Source of the DNA: Takakia lepidozioides | Lineage: Eukaryota > Plantae > Bryophyta | DNA length: 64,000 nucleotides | Assembly: GCA_030704615.1 (NCBI GenBank) | Contig: CM060733.1 | Coordinates: 76,012,001-76,076,000 of the forward strand | Direction of reading: 5' to 3' | Part shown: piece after piece, positions 12,701-25,900 of the stretch | Layout: every line of letters starts with the position of its first letter | Position numbering within the stretch: the stretch's first letter is position 1 | Translations under genes and position numbers: made by a program | The notes under the pieces: model-generated | Told to the model about the DNA's origin: nothing | The model's database searches: none | The model's input: only the letters and a program-made list of their open reading frames with translations

Positions 12701-15700
12701 CACAACTTGTCTGATTGGTTTTGCCCTTTTCACAGTTGAATTTACAACCTTCAGTGCAATGTAGCCTCAGTGGTGTAGAATTCCGAGTTGCTTCCAGTTT
12801 TGGTACCTTAATGTGGAGGAGTATCTCCTCACGAAAGCATTGTTAGCAGGACTCTTCTCTATTTCTGTAGCTATTAACTTGTGCAGTCAAGAACAAACTG
12901 GAAACAGGCCAGATCAACAAAATAAATTGCATGCCCTTTTGTGAAGTGTTCTCCTGAGCTGTATACTTTCATTGGGAACTCGCTCAATCCTTGGGTCATG
13001 AACTCTTGACTCTGTTGCCCAGAATGGTTTGAGTATGATTGTTTCGTTATGATGGCAGCAATGGCCGCTGCATTGTCTTTACGGAGACTAAAAATGATGC
13101 TGGGGAGCTGGCAGGAGCTTTGGCATATGGTACAGCTCGGGCCTTGCATGGTGATATCGCCCAGGGCCAACGTGAAGTAAGTATCTTTTGTCTGGCATAA
13201 ATGCACTCGTGTAGATTTGAAGGGAGATAAGTGGTCTTCCCACTGTTATGTTTGGCAGGTGTCCCAGCAACTTCAACTCTGCTAAGGTGGAAGTTGTTGT
13301 TGACATTGTTGTTGTTGAAATTGTTGCCGACATGTGATTGAAGTCTCTTGTCTATGTGCAGGTGACTCTGGCAGGTTTTAGGTCAGGTAAGTTCACTGTG
13401 CTGGTGGCCACTGATGTTGCTGCCAGAGGACTGGACATAAACGATGTACAACTGGTTCTTCAGGTATGACTCTTTGGATAAATATGGGGTAGAAAGGGCT
13501 TATACCTGAGAACTGTTGAAGGTTATTAGAATATTCAGCTACTCAGTACTGCCACGCAACATACTTTTAGACGACTTTCATCTCTGCTGAACCCCACACC
13601 TCATAGCCTGTTTCAATCTTCAACAGTAACATTTGCTCCTCATGCAGATCTTCGTTTTGGTGAATCCAGTGATGTATCCCCACAAAGAGGGAAGCGAAAA
13701 ATGTCACTGGCAGTTAATTTGCGTGTGATTTCCCATTGCAGTGTGAGCCTCCAAGGGATTCAGAAACGTACATCCATCGGTCTGGTCGGACTGGGAGAGC
13801 TGGTAGGCTGCCTTTTTCTTGCTAATGGTCGTCTACCGCACAACTTTTTCTTGACATAGTCAAACGAGTTGGCTCTGTTGCCTGACTGTGGCTTCGGACT
13901 TTAATGAGATTATAATACTTTCCGCTCTTAGTAATGTATTACATTTATGCAATTAATATTAGAAAAGACAAAATGACACTTTCAAGTTCCGAGTGTGAGA
14001 AGGAGAAAAGAGATCGTGGTATTTTTTTCCTCTCCATTAAAAGATCTGCATCTTATGGGATGTCTATGTCAGTACACTCTGTTCGGGAACAATTGTTAAC
14101 ATTGAAGAAGTGTATTTAGTTCTCTGAATGACCGGCTCATGGCGTTTGCAGGGAACACTGGCATTTCGGTGATGCTGTATGATAGGAAGAAAGAGTACAT
14201 GATACCACAAATTGAGAGGAAGGCAGGCTTCACGTTCGAGCGGATAAATGCCCCGCAGCCTGCTGATATTGCCAAGGCAGCTGCTTCATCTTCCTTGGAC
14301 GGTGTCCAAGAAGTATCTGACAGGTCTATCCATTTCTGCAATTAACTTCACTGGTAGCAAGGTATTTTTGGGATGGATGCTACAACCTAAAATGGTTCTC
14401 CCCAGTACTCTATAAGTTGCACATTCTAGCTGAAGTAGTTGGGTCCTTGGAAGTACAGATGTCTGTTGAATGACATGTCTTGTTGTGGATCTTTCAGTGT
14501 GGTTCCTCTCTTCCGTAAGGCAGCGCAAGAGCTTATAGACCGCACAGGTCTCTCGGTTATTGATCTCCTTGCAAAAGCCCTCGCTAAAATATCTGTGAGT
14601 ATCACTTTGGTTTAGTTGGAGTGTCGGAACCTGAAACTGGTTGCTTAATTGTAACTCAACATATAAACAGTCTTGTCAACTGCTGCACTGTAATGCGTTT
14701 TAACGGTTCCCTCGGGAGGTTTTACCTGAGATGATAAAAAGGTTTCATCTTGGGCAAAGGAGTTTGTTGATAGGTTAATCTTTATTGTTGGCCTGGGATG
14801 AATTAATGAGGAGGGGGAGAATTGTGAAGGTATTGTCAGAGCGTGAGGTGTAGCCCAGGGGTGTGTGAAGCAATTATGCCCTACCATGGTATATTACAGG
14901 CTCAAGCTGTCGCCTTTTACTGCTGCTATCCTTAACTAATAGTTCTACTGACCTTTTGCAAATTAATATGGTGTAGGGACATACAGACATGAAGAGGAGG
15001 TCATTGCTCACGTCACATGATGATGCAACAACTCTACTACTCCAATCCTCAACAACCATGTACTCGCCCACGTATGTCCAGAAGCCCTAAGCAGACTTTC
15101 AAGAGATCTCTTGTATGAAGATTACAGAATAGATGCCACCTTTACTCTGTCAACTTTGGATACACTAGAGCCCGATTTCTGTAGAACAAAGTCTACTCTT
15201 TATGTTATGGAAAACGTGTACGGTGATAACAAAGCTTATTTTGATATTGTTTTCAGGTTTGCATTCAATTGTCTTCGGAAGTTTTTATCAGAGGAGGTTA
15301 TCAATGAAGTTCGGCGTATGTCCCTGACTGCTGATGCAAAGGGTGCTGTCTTTGATGTGCCATCCAGACTTGTGGAGGAATTCACCGCTGGTGAGACCTG
15401 CAATCGTGACTTGAAAATGTGGCCAGAGTAAAGCAGACATTGTAGGGTGGTTTGGATGTTTGACTTGGTGGCATTGTACTTGTTTTTTCCTATCAATACG
15501 TGCAATGACAAACACTATAATCATGCCATTGCTAGAGATGGTTCATCTTGTTCTATCTATATACTGTGATGAAGTTAGGCAGAAAACTTCCCTGAACTTG
15601 TTTCCAGTCTCTGACATGGGGGAGGACATCTTGGATGACCTCAAGGGTCTACCCACTCTCGGCACTAGACTGAAATTTAAACTCAGGGCAGGAAGCCTAC

Positions 15701-16784
15701 CTTTGAACAGCAAACAGAAGCAGAGAGGAAAGGGAGAGTGCAATTGCCCGTTGTGTGGGCAATCTGAAGACAGTATTCATTTTCTGATACACTGTCCGGG
15801 GTTCTCTCACCAAAGAGACGCTCTCTTCAAATCTATTAAGGGAATTGTGCCTGTACCCCTGTTTACCAACTTTGAAAGTCTCGAGGCTGAGCCAAAAGCC
15901 CAGGCCCTCCTGAGGCCTAGTTTTTGGGCAAATCACACACAGCAGATTGATGCTTGTGTGAAGGGATTTCTAGAGGATATCTGGAAAACCCGGATTAATT
16001 CTTTATATGGAGGTAAGTCTTACTACCAACGTCAGCCCCTGACAGAGGTAGGTTCTGTCCCTTTTGTTCCTGCTCAAACTGGGCGCGGGGTCAATGGCCA
16101 CAAGGCTACGGCAAACAACGTCTTATGAGTACAATATATACTGTGATTGATTGGTCGTTCGGATGTTCTGCGTAATATTTATCAACCAGATCAAGAGGGT
16201 GAAAATTTTACAATTGAAGTGGCGGAGTCTCTTCCTGAGCTGCAAGTTCGTCCTGACCGAGGGGGAGCAGACAGAAGGTATTGTAATTCGAGTGATGTGT
16301 GTAGCTTTTACCTACTGTTTGAGACAAGAATGGTGATTATGTGCTGAAATAGATTTGGAAACATGCAACCAAGTGAACTTTGGCCATTGTCATGACCACC
16401 TTACGCAGGAATACTTGTGATAGCTCGTTCGAAATTGGTGCTGTCGGATGCTATGTATGACCAGAACTTTGGTCTTGGAAGTAAAAAACCTGATTGTTAG
16501 CAAAGTCAAAGCAATAAACAGGCTTATGGATTATTTTCTAGATATACATTTGAACTTGTCTTTGAAGTAGCAGATTTATGTTCCGAATTGATTCTTTTAC
16601 ATTTGAAATGTTCATCACTTGCCAGGCTCATGTCATGTATAGATTATTTATAAACCGTTGATGTTTGTTTGACCACAGAAATAGCTTTGGCAGTGGGGGA
16701 GGAGGTGGTGGGCGTTGGGGTTCCGGTGGTGGGCGAGGTGGGTCCAGAAATGGCGGCGGTGGAGGTCGTTTTGGAAGACGTTAA
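9763..16784 (+). CDS. RH7: DEAD-box ATP-dependent RNA helicase 7 (DDX21/DDX50 family). Exons: 9763-10302, 10654-10782, 11121-11261, 11566-11677, 11871-11941, 12371-12525, 13059-13176, 13362-13463, 13742-13802, 14152-14323, 14498-14594, 14977-15071, 15257-15390, 16190-16277, 16679-16784
   Basis: Spliced translation gives a K/E-rich N-terminus, Q motif [56 protein letters not shown], a GUCT-like region (KGAVFDVP) and an RGG-rich tail; frame stays open across all junctions. Confidence 0.95.
15571..16134 (+). mobile_element. 5'-truncated non-LTR retrotransposon (LINE 3' end) in helicase intron 13
   Basis: Post-RT C-terminal region [11 protein letters not shown]...[18 protein letters not shown] (CCHC finger); exact 13-bp TSD tatatactgtgat at 15558-15570 and 16135-16147. 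Confidence 0.9.
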
Positions 16785-18023
16785 TTGCCATGTCCGAACT
16801 TGCGGCGTCTGTAGGCAAAGGGGTTCTTGGCTAGTTATTCCAGATGTACACAATAATGCTGTACAAGATATCTAGGGTTTTATTTATCATAATTCTGGAT
16901 GGTTATGGTTGATGGTCTCAAGACCTTTTAACCCCCGTCCTCAGTGTTGTCATAAGCATAGCTCAAGTATGGGTCTTCCAAAGAGGTCTTAGGACATTTG
17001 GAAAGCGATATTCTTGATGGGCCATCTAGGGTGCAAAATGAGCTTATGCTCAGCAATCCAATTTTGTAGGAATGTTGGGTAGAGTTGTGGCAGTTTGATT
17101 GCTCAGGGGATGTTGATTATCCATGCCACACCTGGGTGAAGGATTCGAATTCAGATTCATTTGACATCGGTCACAGCTACGGCTATATTCTTTGCCACAG
17201 GCTTGGCTGCCTGTGAATTGAGTGTAAAATTGGATCTCAGAGACACAATAGTATTTTGAGTCATCACTGGCCGTTTCTATTCTACCCCTAGTGACTTCTC
17301 AGGGACAGGAAAGAGAGCGCGCGGTGGACTGTTGTGAAACTTCTTATTTAAGTTGGACAGCTAACCTATCTGCAACATGACCTGGAGAGGTAGGAGCTAC
17401 TTTGATTGATAGAAGATGCAGTAAGTAGAGCTGCTTGCTTGCTAGTACTGAAAAGAGATATAAACATGTCAGTAAATATGGTGGCTTAATTGTCAACTGA
17501 TGAAAGACTGAGGAAGGCTTGAATTGTTCGAGATTCTTTACCCATCGCCCAGACCTGGCTAGATCACCTCTCCATCAGTGATGTCGCATACCTTCATGTG
17601 GACTGAAGTGGAAGGCATAAGGTACATGGACTCACTGCGCTCTCCTTGTTTTGCATTGCATCTTGGTGAAGGCATCCCTCTTTATAGTGGATAGCAATAC
17701 TGCATAAGAATGAAACATATATATCATATTCCAACCAGTAACTACCAGGGAAAACTTTTTTTAATACCAGCCGGATCCTGGTATTGGAAAAAAAAAAACA
17801 ATAACAGCGAGTTCCATAGTATTGGAATATTCACTAAATTTTAATAACCGCCAGTTCTCAATAGTAGTATGATTTTTGATTTGTGGACGGGTAGTCCAAT
17901 CTTAATACCAGCCGGTTATCAATCCGGATATAAATAATTAAAATAAATATTGAAATAACCACCAAATCATCAATATGCCTTTTAATTTAGAAGCATACTT
18001 GATTTCACAAAGAAATTAAATAT

Positions 18024-18700
18024 TCTGCTGCAAAATTCAGACTTTGCATACATAATAACGTTGCAGATTTTGGTACGCAAAGTGAAGCGAGCTTTGTTAT
18101 GGTTGCAAGCCTCATTGTCAAACATGCCAGCATCTGCAATGAGGTCCTCATATTCATCAATCGTATTGTCTTCCGACAAAAAGAAATCTGTAATCCCTTG
18201 CTCAACAACCTTGCAATCGGTCCCCACATCATCCAGCCAATTTTAAAATTACATAGCAATAATTTGTCGAGGTTGTCAATGCCAAGTTGACATTGCCCTA
18301 CCCCTACCGACATGTGCTAAAAAACAAAAAATAGTGGCGGGACCTTGGGGCTGGACTTGCTCTGCTGCAAAATTCAGACTTTGCATTACATAATAACGCT
18401 GCAGATTTTAGTACGCAATGTGAAGCGATTTTTTAAAAAAGAAAACTGATTGCAATCAAACATGCCAGCACTTGCAATGAGGTCCTCATATTCATCAATC
18501 ATATTGTCTTCAAAAGAAATTTGTGATCCCTTGCTCAACAACCTTGCAATCCGTCCGCAATCATCCGACCAATTCTTTAAAATTAGCACTAATTTGTCGA
18601 GGTTGTCAATTTGACATTGCCCTACCTACATGTCCTAAAAAACAAAAAATAGTGGACATATGCTAAAAAAACAAAAAATAGTGGCGGGCCCTTGGGGGTG
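18024..18700 (-). mobile_element. Tandemly duplicated (~337 bp) remnant of a hAT transposase 3' end within a non-autonomous element
   Basis: Copies start tctgctgcaaaattcagactttgcat at 18024 and 18361; minus strand reads CQLGIDNLDKL..LI.KNW.DD, resembling the tail of the hAT dimerisation domain; ATACC-rich flanks at 17740-17930 and 19080-19250. Confidence 0.55.
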
Positions 18701-18786
18701 GACATGCCTTGACCCCTTCCTTGTGCACGAGCCCCAACTTCATATCTAGATTCTATACCATTCTATACCATGTGTATAGTCCTTGT

Positions 18787-19065
18787 CAGTGTTTCTTTTA
18801 AAGAATTTTGGAAAACAACACGAGTGGCTACAGAGTTTTGCAGAAAATAGCGGTACACTCTGTTCATCCACTGAAATTTCATCCACCTCTGGACCATAAT
18901 CCATTTATATCATCCATATTTGGCGAATTCATCTACAATTTATTTTTTATTTGGAGAAATTTGGCGATTTCATCCACGTAAAAACAGGGGATTTGCGACA
19001 AAATATTCCATTTTATTTTTTGAGGTTGCAATCTTGCAAAAATTCGCCAATAAAAAAAAACGCTG
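18787..19065. mobile_element. hAT-type MITE, 279 bp
   Basis: Termini CAGTGTTT...AAACGCTG; exact 8-bp TSD gtccttgt at 18779-18786 and 19066-19073. Confidence 0.9.
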
Positions 19066-19344
19066 GTCCTTGTTTTTGCCCATAATATGGGTATTGCACG
19101 GGTATTGCCTTTGTCAATACCAGCCTATGTAGGGTATTGACCTAGGTATTGGAATTGTCGGATTATTAACCCTAATGCTAGCCGGGCAGGTAATACCATG
19201 GTTGATACCGTACTTGATACCCGGCCAGGCCCTATATACCAGTCCAACATTGGTGTGAACACAATAAACGGCAATAGGGTAACCATGTTTCGAATGTGAA
19301 CGACAAACATAGGGTTCTTACACATGAATAGGTTCTCTTCATAT

Positions 19345-19711
19345 TTAATCCGTTACAATGATGTCTAGGTTAGGGTTAGTTTAGGTTGGTGGCTTGATCC
19401 TGGACCTTCATCTGATCTAGGGCTTCAAGGCAGCGCCGTGGGCTTTGGCCTATGATGCCTCGCCACGCGGCTGGCCACCATGGTTAGGGCTTTTATATAA
19501 AGACGGTGCCCTGACACAAGGTCAGGGCAGTGTATTCTGGTGTTAGTGTATATGTGATTTGGGTGTACAAACTTTGGATGAGAGCTCCTCCTGTGTGTCA
19601 GATCCGCCCGATTGATCCTCCTCTCACGCATTGCCTGCTATTTCGCTTGCCCTTTTATTGTGAAAGCACGTTTTTTGAGAGGAAAGGAGTATATGCTTCA
19701 GGCTCGTTTTG
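19345..19711 (+). repeat. 5' terminal repeat (LTR-like) of the host element
   Basis: Matches 34130-34493; TATATAAA near 19494; internal TG (19359)...CA (19700). Confidence 0.9.
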
Positions 19712-19720
19712 TGGTGGAGA
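19712..19720 (+). other. Candidate primer-binding site (tRNA-Ala)
   Basis: TGGTGGAGA begins exactly where the repeat identity ends; complementary to the ...UCUCCACCA 3' end of tRNA-Ala. Confidence 0.55.
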
Positions 19721-19922
19721 GAAGCTAGGTAGCGTTTAGGTGTTTTAGCATCCACTGCCCACCCTGACACCATTTGCTGGGTTGTTGAGGGATCTGCGCG
19801 CTAATCTTTGCTTTTGCTCTCTAATCAGTCTCGTCTGATGGCGGCCAGCCACCTTGCGATGTTTTCTCCTGCTATTTTGTATTTGCCTTCTCACCCTGCT
19901 CATTGTGTTGTGCTGTAGGACG

Positions 19923-21120
19923 ATGGCTTCGGTGCGTAGTTCTAGCTGTGTAGCATGTAGAGAGGGAGAAAGTCTGTCAGTGCAAGTTGATTTGGTTCTT
20001 GAAATTGTGACTGACCCTGCTTTGACAGTAGCAACTGATCTTGCTATCACTAACCCCTCTCGACATGCGCTGCTTGGCATTGTTGCCTCGCTAGTGTCAC
20101 CCCTGCCTGAACCCAGCCCTGTTGATCCTGGTCTTGTCGTGCATCTGAATTCAAATAACCCTAGACATGATGTTGATGTGAATGAGGATGAGGTCTAGTC
20201 ACCAAGAGATGTGAGGTCGCCCAACTCTTTAGATAGCTGCGATCCTGAGTACTATAATTTTGACAATTTCTATGATCCAGGTCCTGATTACGAGTGTCCG
20301 AGAGAACGAGAGAGAGAGTTTGAGAGGGATATTGAGCGCTCTCAGGAGTATGATGAGTCTTTAGGGGAATTGCTTCCGGAGGATGTGCAGTGGTTGAAAA
20401 GTTTGAAGCATCTGTGCGCGAGGATGCTCGTCGTCTGAACAGTCATCACGAAGCAATTTTTGTGCGCCCTGGGTCTAGTTCTGGCTCTGAGAGAGAGAGT
20501 GCGTTGTGCCAGACCCGAGCCGTCGTGGCTGTCAAAAAATCCCTGTGCTTGAGACCAGAGGTGTTCAAGGCTCGTCTTCTTCATCATCGGCAGGTGGCCT
20601 GGGAAGCGCTCGGGCTCCACCTACCATTGTCAGTTCACCGTGAGTCAGGCTTGTGGTAGACGACCGAGCGGACAGCAGGCTCGTGGCTCTCATTGCTGCT
20701 TGAAGGCTTTGGAGCCTTGTTGTTGCGAGCTCTTCGATTTCATGCCCGGGTCTGTCGTTACAAGCCCACGACGGTGGACTTGGTGGATGGTCTCGTGGGA
20801 GGTAGTTTGCATGTCCAGACGTCCGAGATCGTGATTTTGCCAGGTACCTGCTTTGAAGAACAGCGTGTCGTTTGCCCTCACATTGCAGATCACCTGGATA
20901 GTTTCCCAACTCCTCAGTGTTGTCCCGGACGTGGGAGGACAACGGCACGACGCGGGTGGGCTTATGGATTAAGGACGAGAGGGTGTGGGAGTGGCTGGCG
21001 TTGGGAGTGTATAGTTCTGATTTCACGACCTGCTTAAGCTTCTTTCTTGCTCTGTTTAGACTCCCGAAGCTTCACAGGTGCCGAGCCCAAGGCCGCGACT
21101 GCTCATCCCGGCGGCTTAGA
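19923..21120 (+). pseudogene. Additional ORF upstream of gag, unknown function (~370 codons after repairing stops and frameshifts)
   Basis: ORFs 19854-20198, 20211-20438, 20390-20659, 20693-21037 and 20917- can be joined into one acidic, then globular, protein starting MASVRSSS. Confidence 0.5.
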
Positions 21121-22935
21121 GGTTCTTTCTTTTCCACAATTGTCTTTGTTTTTGCATGCCAAACACATCTGCAAGTTCTTGGTTGCGATCTGGTAGACAG
21201 AGGTTCATGTCTGGTTTGCGAGAGCCACTCGGGCCACCTGGCAGGGGTATGCCTGATATCAGTGGAGAATCAGACAACCTCCAGGCAGGTAATGCCTTGG
21301 TTGATGACGTTTCCTTGGACTCTGGTAATTTTGAGGAGGATTTAGAACTGTTGCATGATGATGGTGTCGTGAGGATAGATAGGGAGGCTCTGCTATTTTG
21401 CCCAAAGAATCGGGGATGGCAAAAAATGCGATTCTTCCTATTCAGATTAGTGGGGCCATGGAAGTTCAAGGTAGTGAGCCCATGGTGCTGTCTGGTCATG
21501 GACAAGGTAGAATCGGGTTGGTCTCGGACGCTAGGGCTATTACGAGCAGTATGCCGGCCTAGGGTGCTAACGTGAGTCCTAGTGTGCTGCCTGTTGTGGA
21601 TTTCCCTAGTCCCACTCTCGGGGGAGGGAATTTGTTGCCTGCAAGTTCAGGCGTACATGTGGGCAGTTTTCCTGTATTGAATGTGCATGGTGTTGTTCAA
21701 AGTGGGGGTGTCATGATGCCAGGGCCCTCTAGTGTGTCTACTGCTCCGATTCCTGCCATCATAGGTCAATCGGTGGGGGCCCTTTCTGCTCCACAAGCTG
21801 GGGTGCCACCACACCTTGTCTCTAGCCAGTCCATGAGTATGTACGTTGGTAATGTCCCTCATAGCGGTCTAAGATTGGTGTCAACACAACCGGTAGGAGT
21901 GGCATCCACTCTTCCCATATGTGGAATGCCACAAACCTACTTGCAGTCGACCTACCTTGCTGCTCAGCCAAATGTGGCAACACCTGCACTCCCCATGGGC
22001 ACGGTGGCGTCACATCAGTCAGCTTCTACTGCTGTAGGATCAGCCAGCAATAATAATATGAATTGTAATTCTGCATCTAATATTGGATATATGCATGGTA
22101 ATACTGCTGCTATGGTTCCTTGTTGCCCTGCTCATGGGTCTGTCCTCCCTGGTCACATTAACCATAGCCTGCCTTGTCATCTGATCCCTCAGCTGACTAC
22201 TCAACCTTACCCAGAATATACCATGGGAGAAGACTTTGATAGATATCTTCAGATGTTTGAGGTCATTGTTGGTGTCAATGGAGTGCCTGAGAATTTCAAA
22301 ATGACGAATTTTAGGATGAGCATGAAGGGACCAACTCGTGACTTGCTACATGCGGCTGTCATGGATGATCCCAGCCGCAGCTGGGCAACTCTGGTGGAAT
22401 GGGCAAAGACCTTGTTCAAACCTCCTGAGAGGCCTCTGGATTGCTTTGCCAAGCTTTTTGCTAGGACTTACCAACCTGGGGAATCCTTGTGGAAGTATTA
22501 CATGGATCTTAAGTTTGCTACTGTTGAGAATATCATAGACCCTGCAGAGAGGGATCGTATGGTTAAAAGGTATTTTCTCCTTGGGTTGCTTTCCACTGTT
22601 CAGAATTGGGCTCAGCGACGTCATTTTGTCAATGACAAGACTATGTTAGCAGAAATTAATCTTAAAATGGCAGACTTGGCTGACAACAAATCAATGCAAC
22701 GTCATGCCAAGTTTCAAGCTCCAATGGGCTCAGAGCTTGGCATGCCTGTAACAGCTTCACCATATGTTCCTCCGAGCTTGGCATGCCTGTAACAGCTTCA
22801 CCATATGTTCCTCCTGTCATGACATGCAAAGCTGATGATTTTACTCTTCAAGGATTGGCTAATACTGTGGGAAGTCTTAGTGAGTCTGTTGCCAGTCAGT
22901 TTGCTGCCATGCAGGCTCATCAACAGAGGTGGCAG

Positions 22936-25900
22936 TGTCGCACACCTCGATTCGGTAAACTCCCCTTCAAGTCATAGTTACTCGCTTTGATGCGCGCGCC
23001 TGACTCCCAACCTGGCTGCCGGGCCAACTTGGAGTTTCGGCTGCTCACCGGGACATAACGGTCCCCTTCCGCTTCCCTCTAAACCCTCCACCTATTTGGG
23101 ACTAGGAGAATTCCCTTTGGTAGATGGCAGTCCGGAACAGCTCCCCACTCTTTGGTCGCTTTCCGGCTCGCTCGCTTACTCACTAGTTTTTGGTCACCAA
23201 CGGGCTTGCACCGTTCTCGGGGTTACTACTCCCTATATATACTTCTGTAGCTGTCCGCGGGGGTTTCATAACCAGCCATGCCATTTTATGGCGAACCACC
23301 ACGAAAACCCTCGACTCCCGGTGGTGAGTCGCGGTGAGTCTTGGCCCACTCACCGCGGCCCCAATGGACCGTGATGAGTCCCAAGACTCCCCACGACTCC
23401 CACCTCGAGGTCTCCACCCCATGGTGAGTCCTATGCCACCCCACTAAGTCCCACTAAGCTACCACCACCCCTTGTGGAGCCACCTCCACCGCAACCCGGT
23501 GTGCGGGGCTCCACCTAGTGAGCGCCTCCGCCTCCTTGAGTGCCTTGGGCACTCAAGGGTGCTTCAGCCCCCCATACCTATCGCCGCCGCTGCCCCCACC
23601 ACAGGGGCAGCCCCTCATGTGTCCCGACCCCCTGCCCTCAAGGCAAAGGGCCGCGACACACACCCCTACCAACAGGGAGTCGATGTCCTCATCGACTTGT
23701 CCATTTTGTAGAAACGAACATCCAAGTTGTGGCGTCCCACATCAAGGAGTTTGTTTCCGTACCATGGCGTCCCATGGCAAAGAACCAAACCCCACACTTG
23801 ACTCCACTCTCCACTAGCTAGTTCGGCCGACTTCCTCCAAGTCCCGGCCAAGGGTGGAGCCTCTCCAGCTCCTCCCAGTGCACTCTTCTTGGCCTACTTC
23901 AAGGCCAAGGAACGATCCTCCCCGAGGATCGAATCGCCTTACTGCAACAACATTGCTTGCGATCGCTCATGATGCCGCTTTTGGCATCACCTTGAGCAAG
24001 GGTTCACCTGAACCCTCTTTGACTAGGAAGATAACCTTGAACCAACCGTGCGCCCAATCACTACAATTGGGTCCGCCTTGGAATGCTGGCCTGAGGTACG
24101 GGAACACGCCGAAGCCGCACTACGACTTCGTCCCGAGGCTACACGATTATAGTACGTGAACGGAAGCACGTAGCTTCCGCGTTAGCCCGCACTACAAGGC
24201 AACCCCCTCGGTAGCGCAGTTATAGTACGCGCACGCGCCAGGTGCGCACTAGCACTTGAACTCCCAAATAAGGCGCAAGTTTCCTTGCCCCTTGGATGGG
24301 AGTCACCCGATTTCGGCACTGCGCAAACACACGATTAACCCAATTTACCTCTCCCACTTTTGTAAGCTAGCATGCATTCTACACACCAGCCAACCACACC
24401 ATGCATCACCATTCCAAACACAATAGGACGCACAATATTTGGAACCCATTTCCTTTATCACAAATTTTTGTACAATACAAGTTTTTGCAATCGGATTCCT
24501 GAGCTAGCTAAACCGGGCTAAGCATGCATTTCCTCCCCCACGCTCCAAGGTTGATGTCCCCATCAACGCTTCTTCCGCTTTTGAGGTCGCCCTTCGAACG
24601 CTGCAACTGCCTCGGATGCGTTTCCCATTTCTGAGGCACGCACCCAAGATGCCTCCACAAGATGATAGCCCTTCCATTTGACGAGATACTCCGTTTCTCG
24701 GTTCTTGAACCTCCTCGACTTAAGTATTGCCTCCACCTCGTACTCGGGTTCATTTTCATGATCCAACAGCATAGGTGGCGGACGCAACACTTGCTGCCGA
24801 TTCGGACGTGCTTCATCTTTGAAGTAAGGCTTCAAAAGGGAGACATGGAATACTGGGTGCACCTTGCTGTTTGCTGGCAGCTCCAATTCAACACATCCTC
24901 ATTCATAACCCTCCGAATGCGAAAGGGACCCGCATACGGAGGTACAAACTTCGGACTCATTTCCGGAGGTAGTCGAAAATTCTTGATGTTCAACCAGACC
25001 TCTGTGCCTGCCTCAAACTTCACTTCCCTCCGCTTCCGATTCGCCTGCCTTTCATACCGTTTCCTAGCTTTGGCAATGTTGTACTTTGCGAGCTTCAACA
25101 AACGCTCGCGTTCTTCCAGTACCGCCGCTACTGCCGGTTCCTCAACGTCCTGGCGGCCCAACTTGTCGGCACCAGAGGTGCTTTTCCATAGACCAACACA
25201 AAAGGGGAAACTCCCGTCGCGGAGTGTTCTGTGTTATTATAACAGAACTCTGCCGCGTCTAAGTGTTCCATCCAGTCTGATTGGTCTGCCGACACGTAAT
25301 TCCGCAAGAATTGCTTCACTACGGAATTCACTCTTTCCGTTTGGCCGTCCGTCGTAGGTCGGAAGGCGGTGCTCATCTTCAGCCTCGTCCCCATCTTCTT
25401 CCAAAGTGCTCTCCAGAATTTACTCGTAAACTTTGGTCGCGGTCCGAGACAATATCCTTCGGGACTCCATGATGCTTTAAGACGTGGGCGAAGTAAAGTC
25501 GCCCTGTCTCCTGCGCAGTAGCCGTCTCCTTGGTGGGGATGAAATGGGCCATTTTACTGAACCTATCTACCACCACCATGATTGCATCGAATCCTTTTGA
25601 CAGCGGCATAGCAGTCATGAAATCCATCGAGACGCTTTCCCAAGTCCCCTCTGGAATCGGCAAGGGTTGTAACAGCCCCGCTTGCTTTTTATACTCGCTC
25701 CGGTTTTGTTGGCATGTGGTGCATGTCTTTACATACTCCTCTGCCTCCTCCCTCAGTTTGGGCCAGAAATACTCTTTCTTCAAGAGTGCCGCAGTGCGCT
25801 TGGCTCCACCGTGGCCCGCAAGCGGGCTATCATGGCATTCTCTCAAGAGACTATCCCTGATCCCTCCCTTTGGCACATAGAGACGTTTTTGCTTATACCG

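Noticed and set aside
15460-16128. Independent nested host gene or extra helicase exon
   Set aside because: Bounded by a 13-bp TSD and encodes a LINE C-terminal finger; the helicase splices cleanly around it
23096-23851. Pro-rich ORFs (also at 29336-30066)
   Set aside because: They lie in the GC-rich chromovirus LTRs and are duplicated with them; no protein signature
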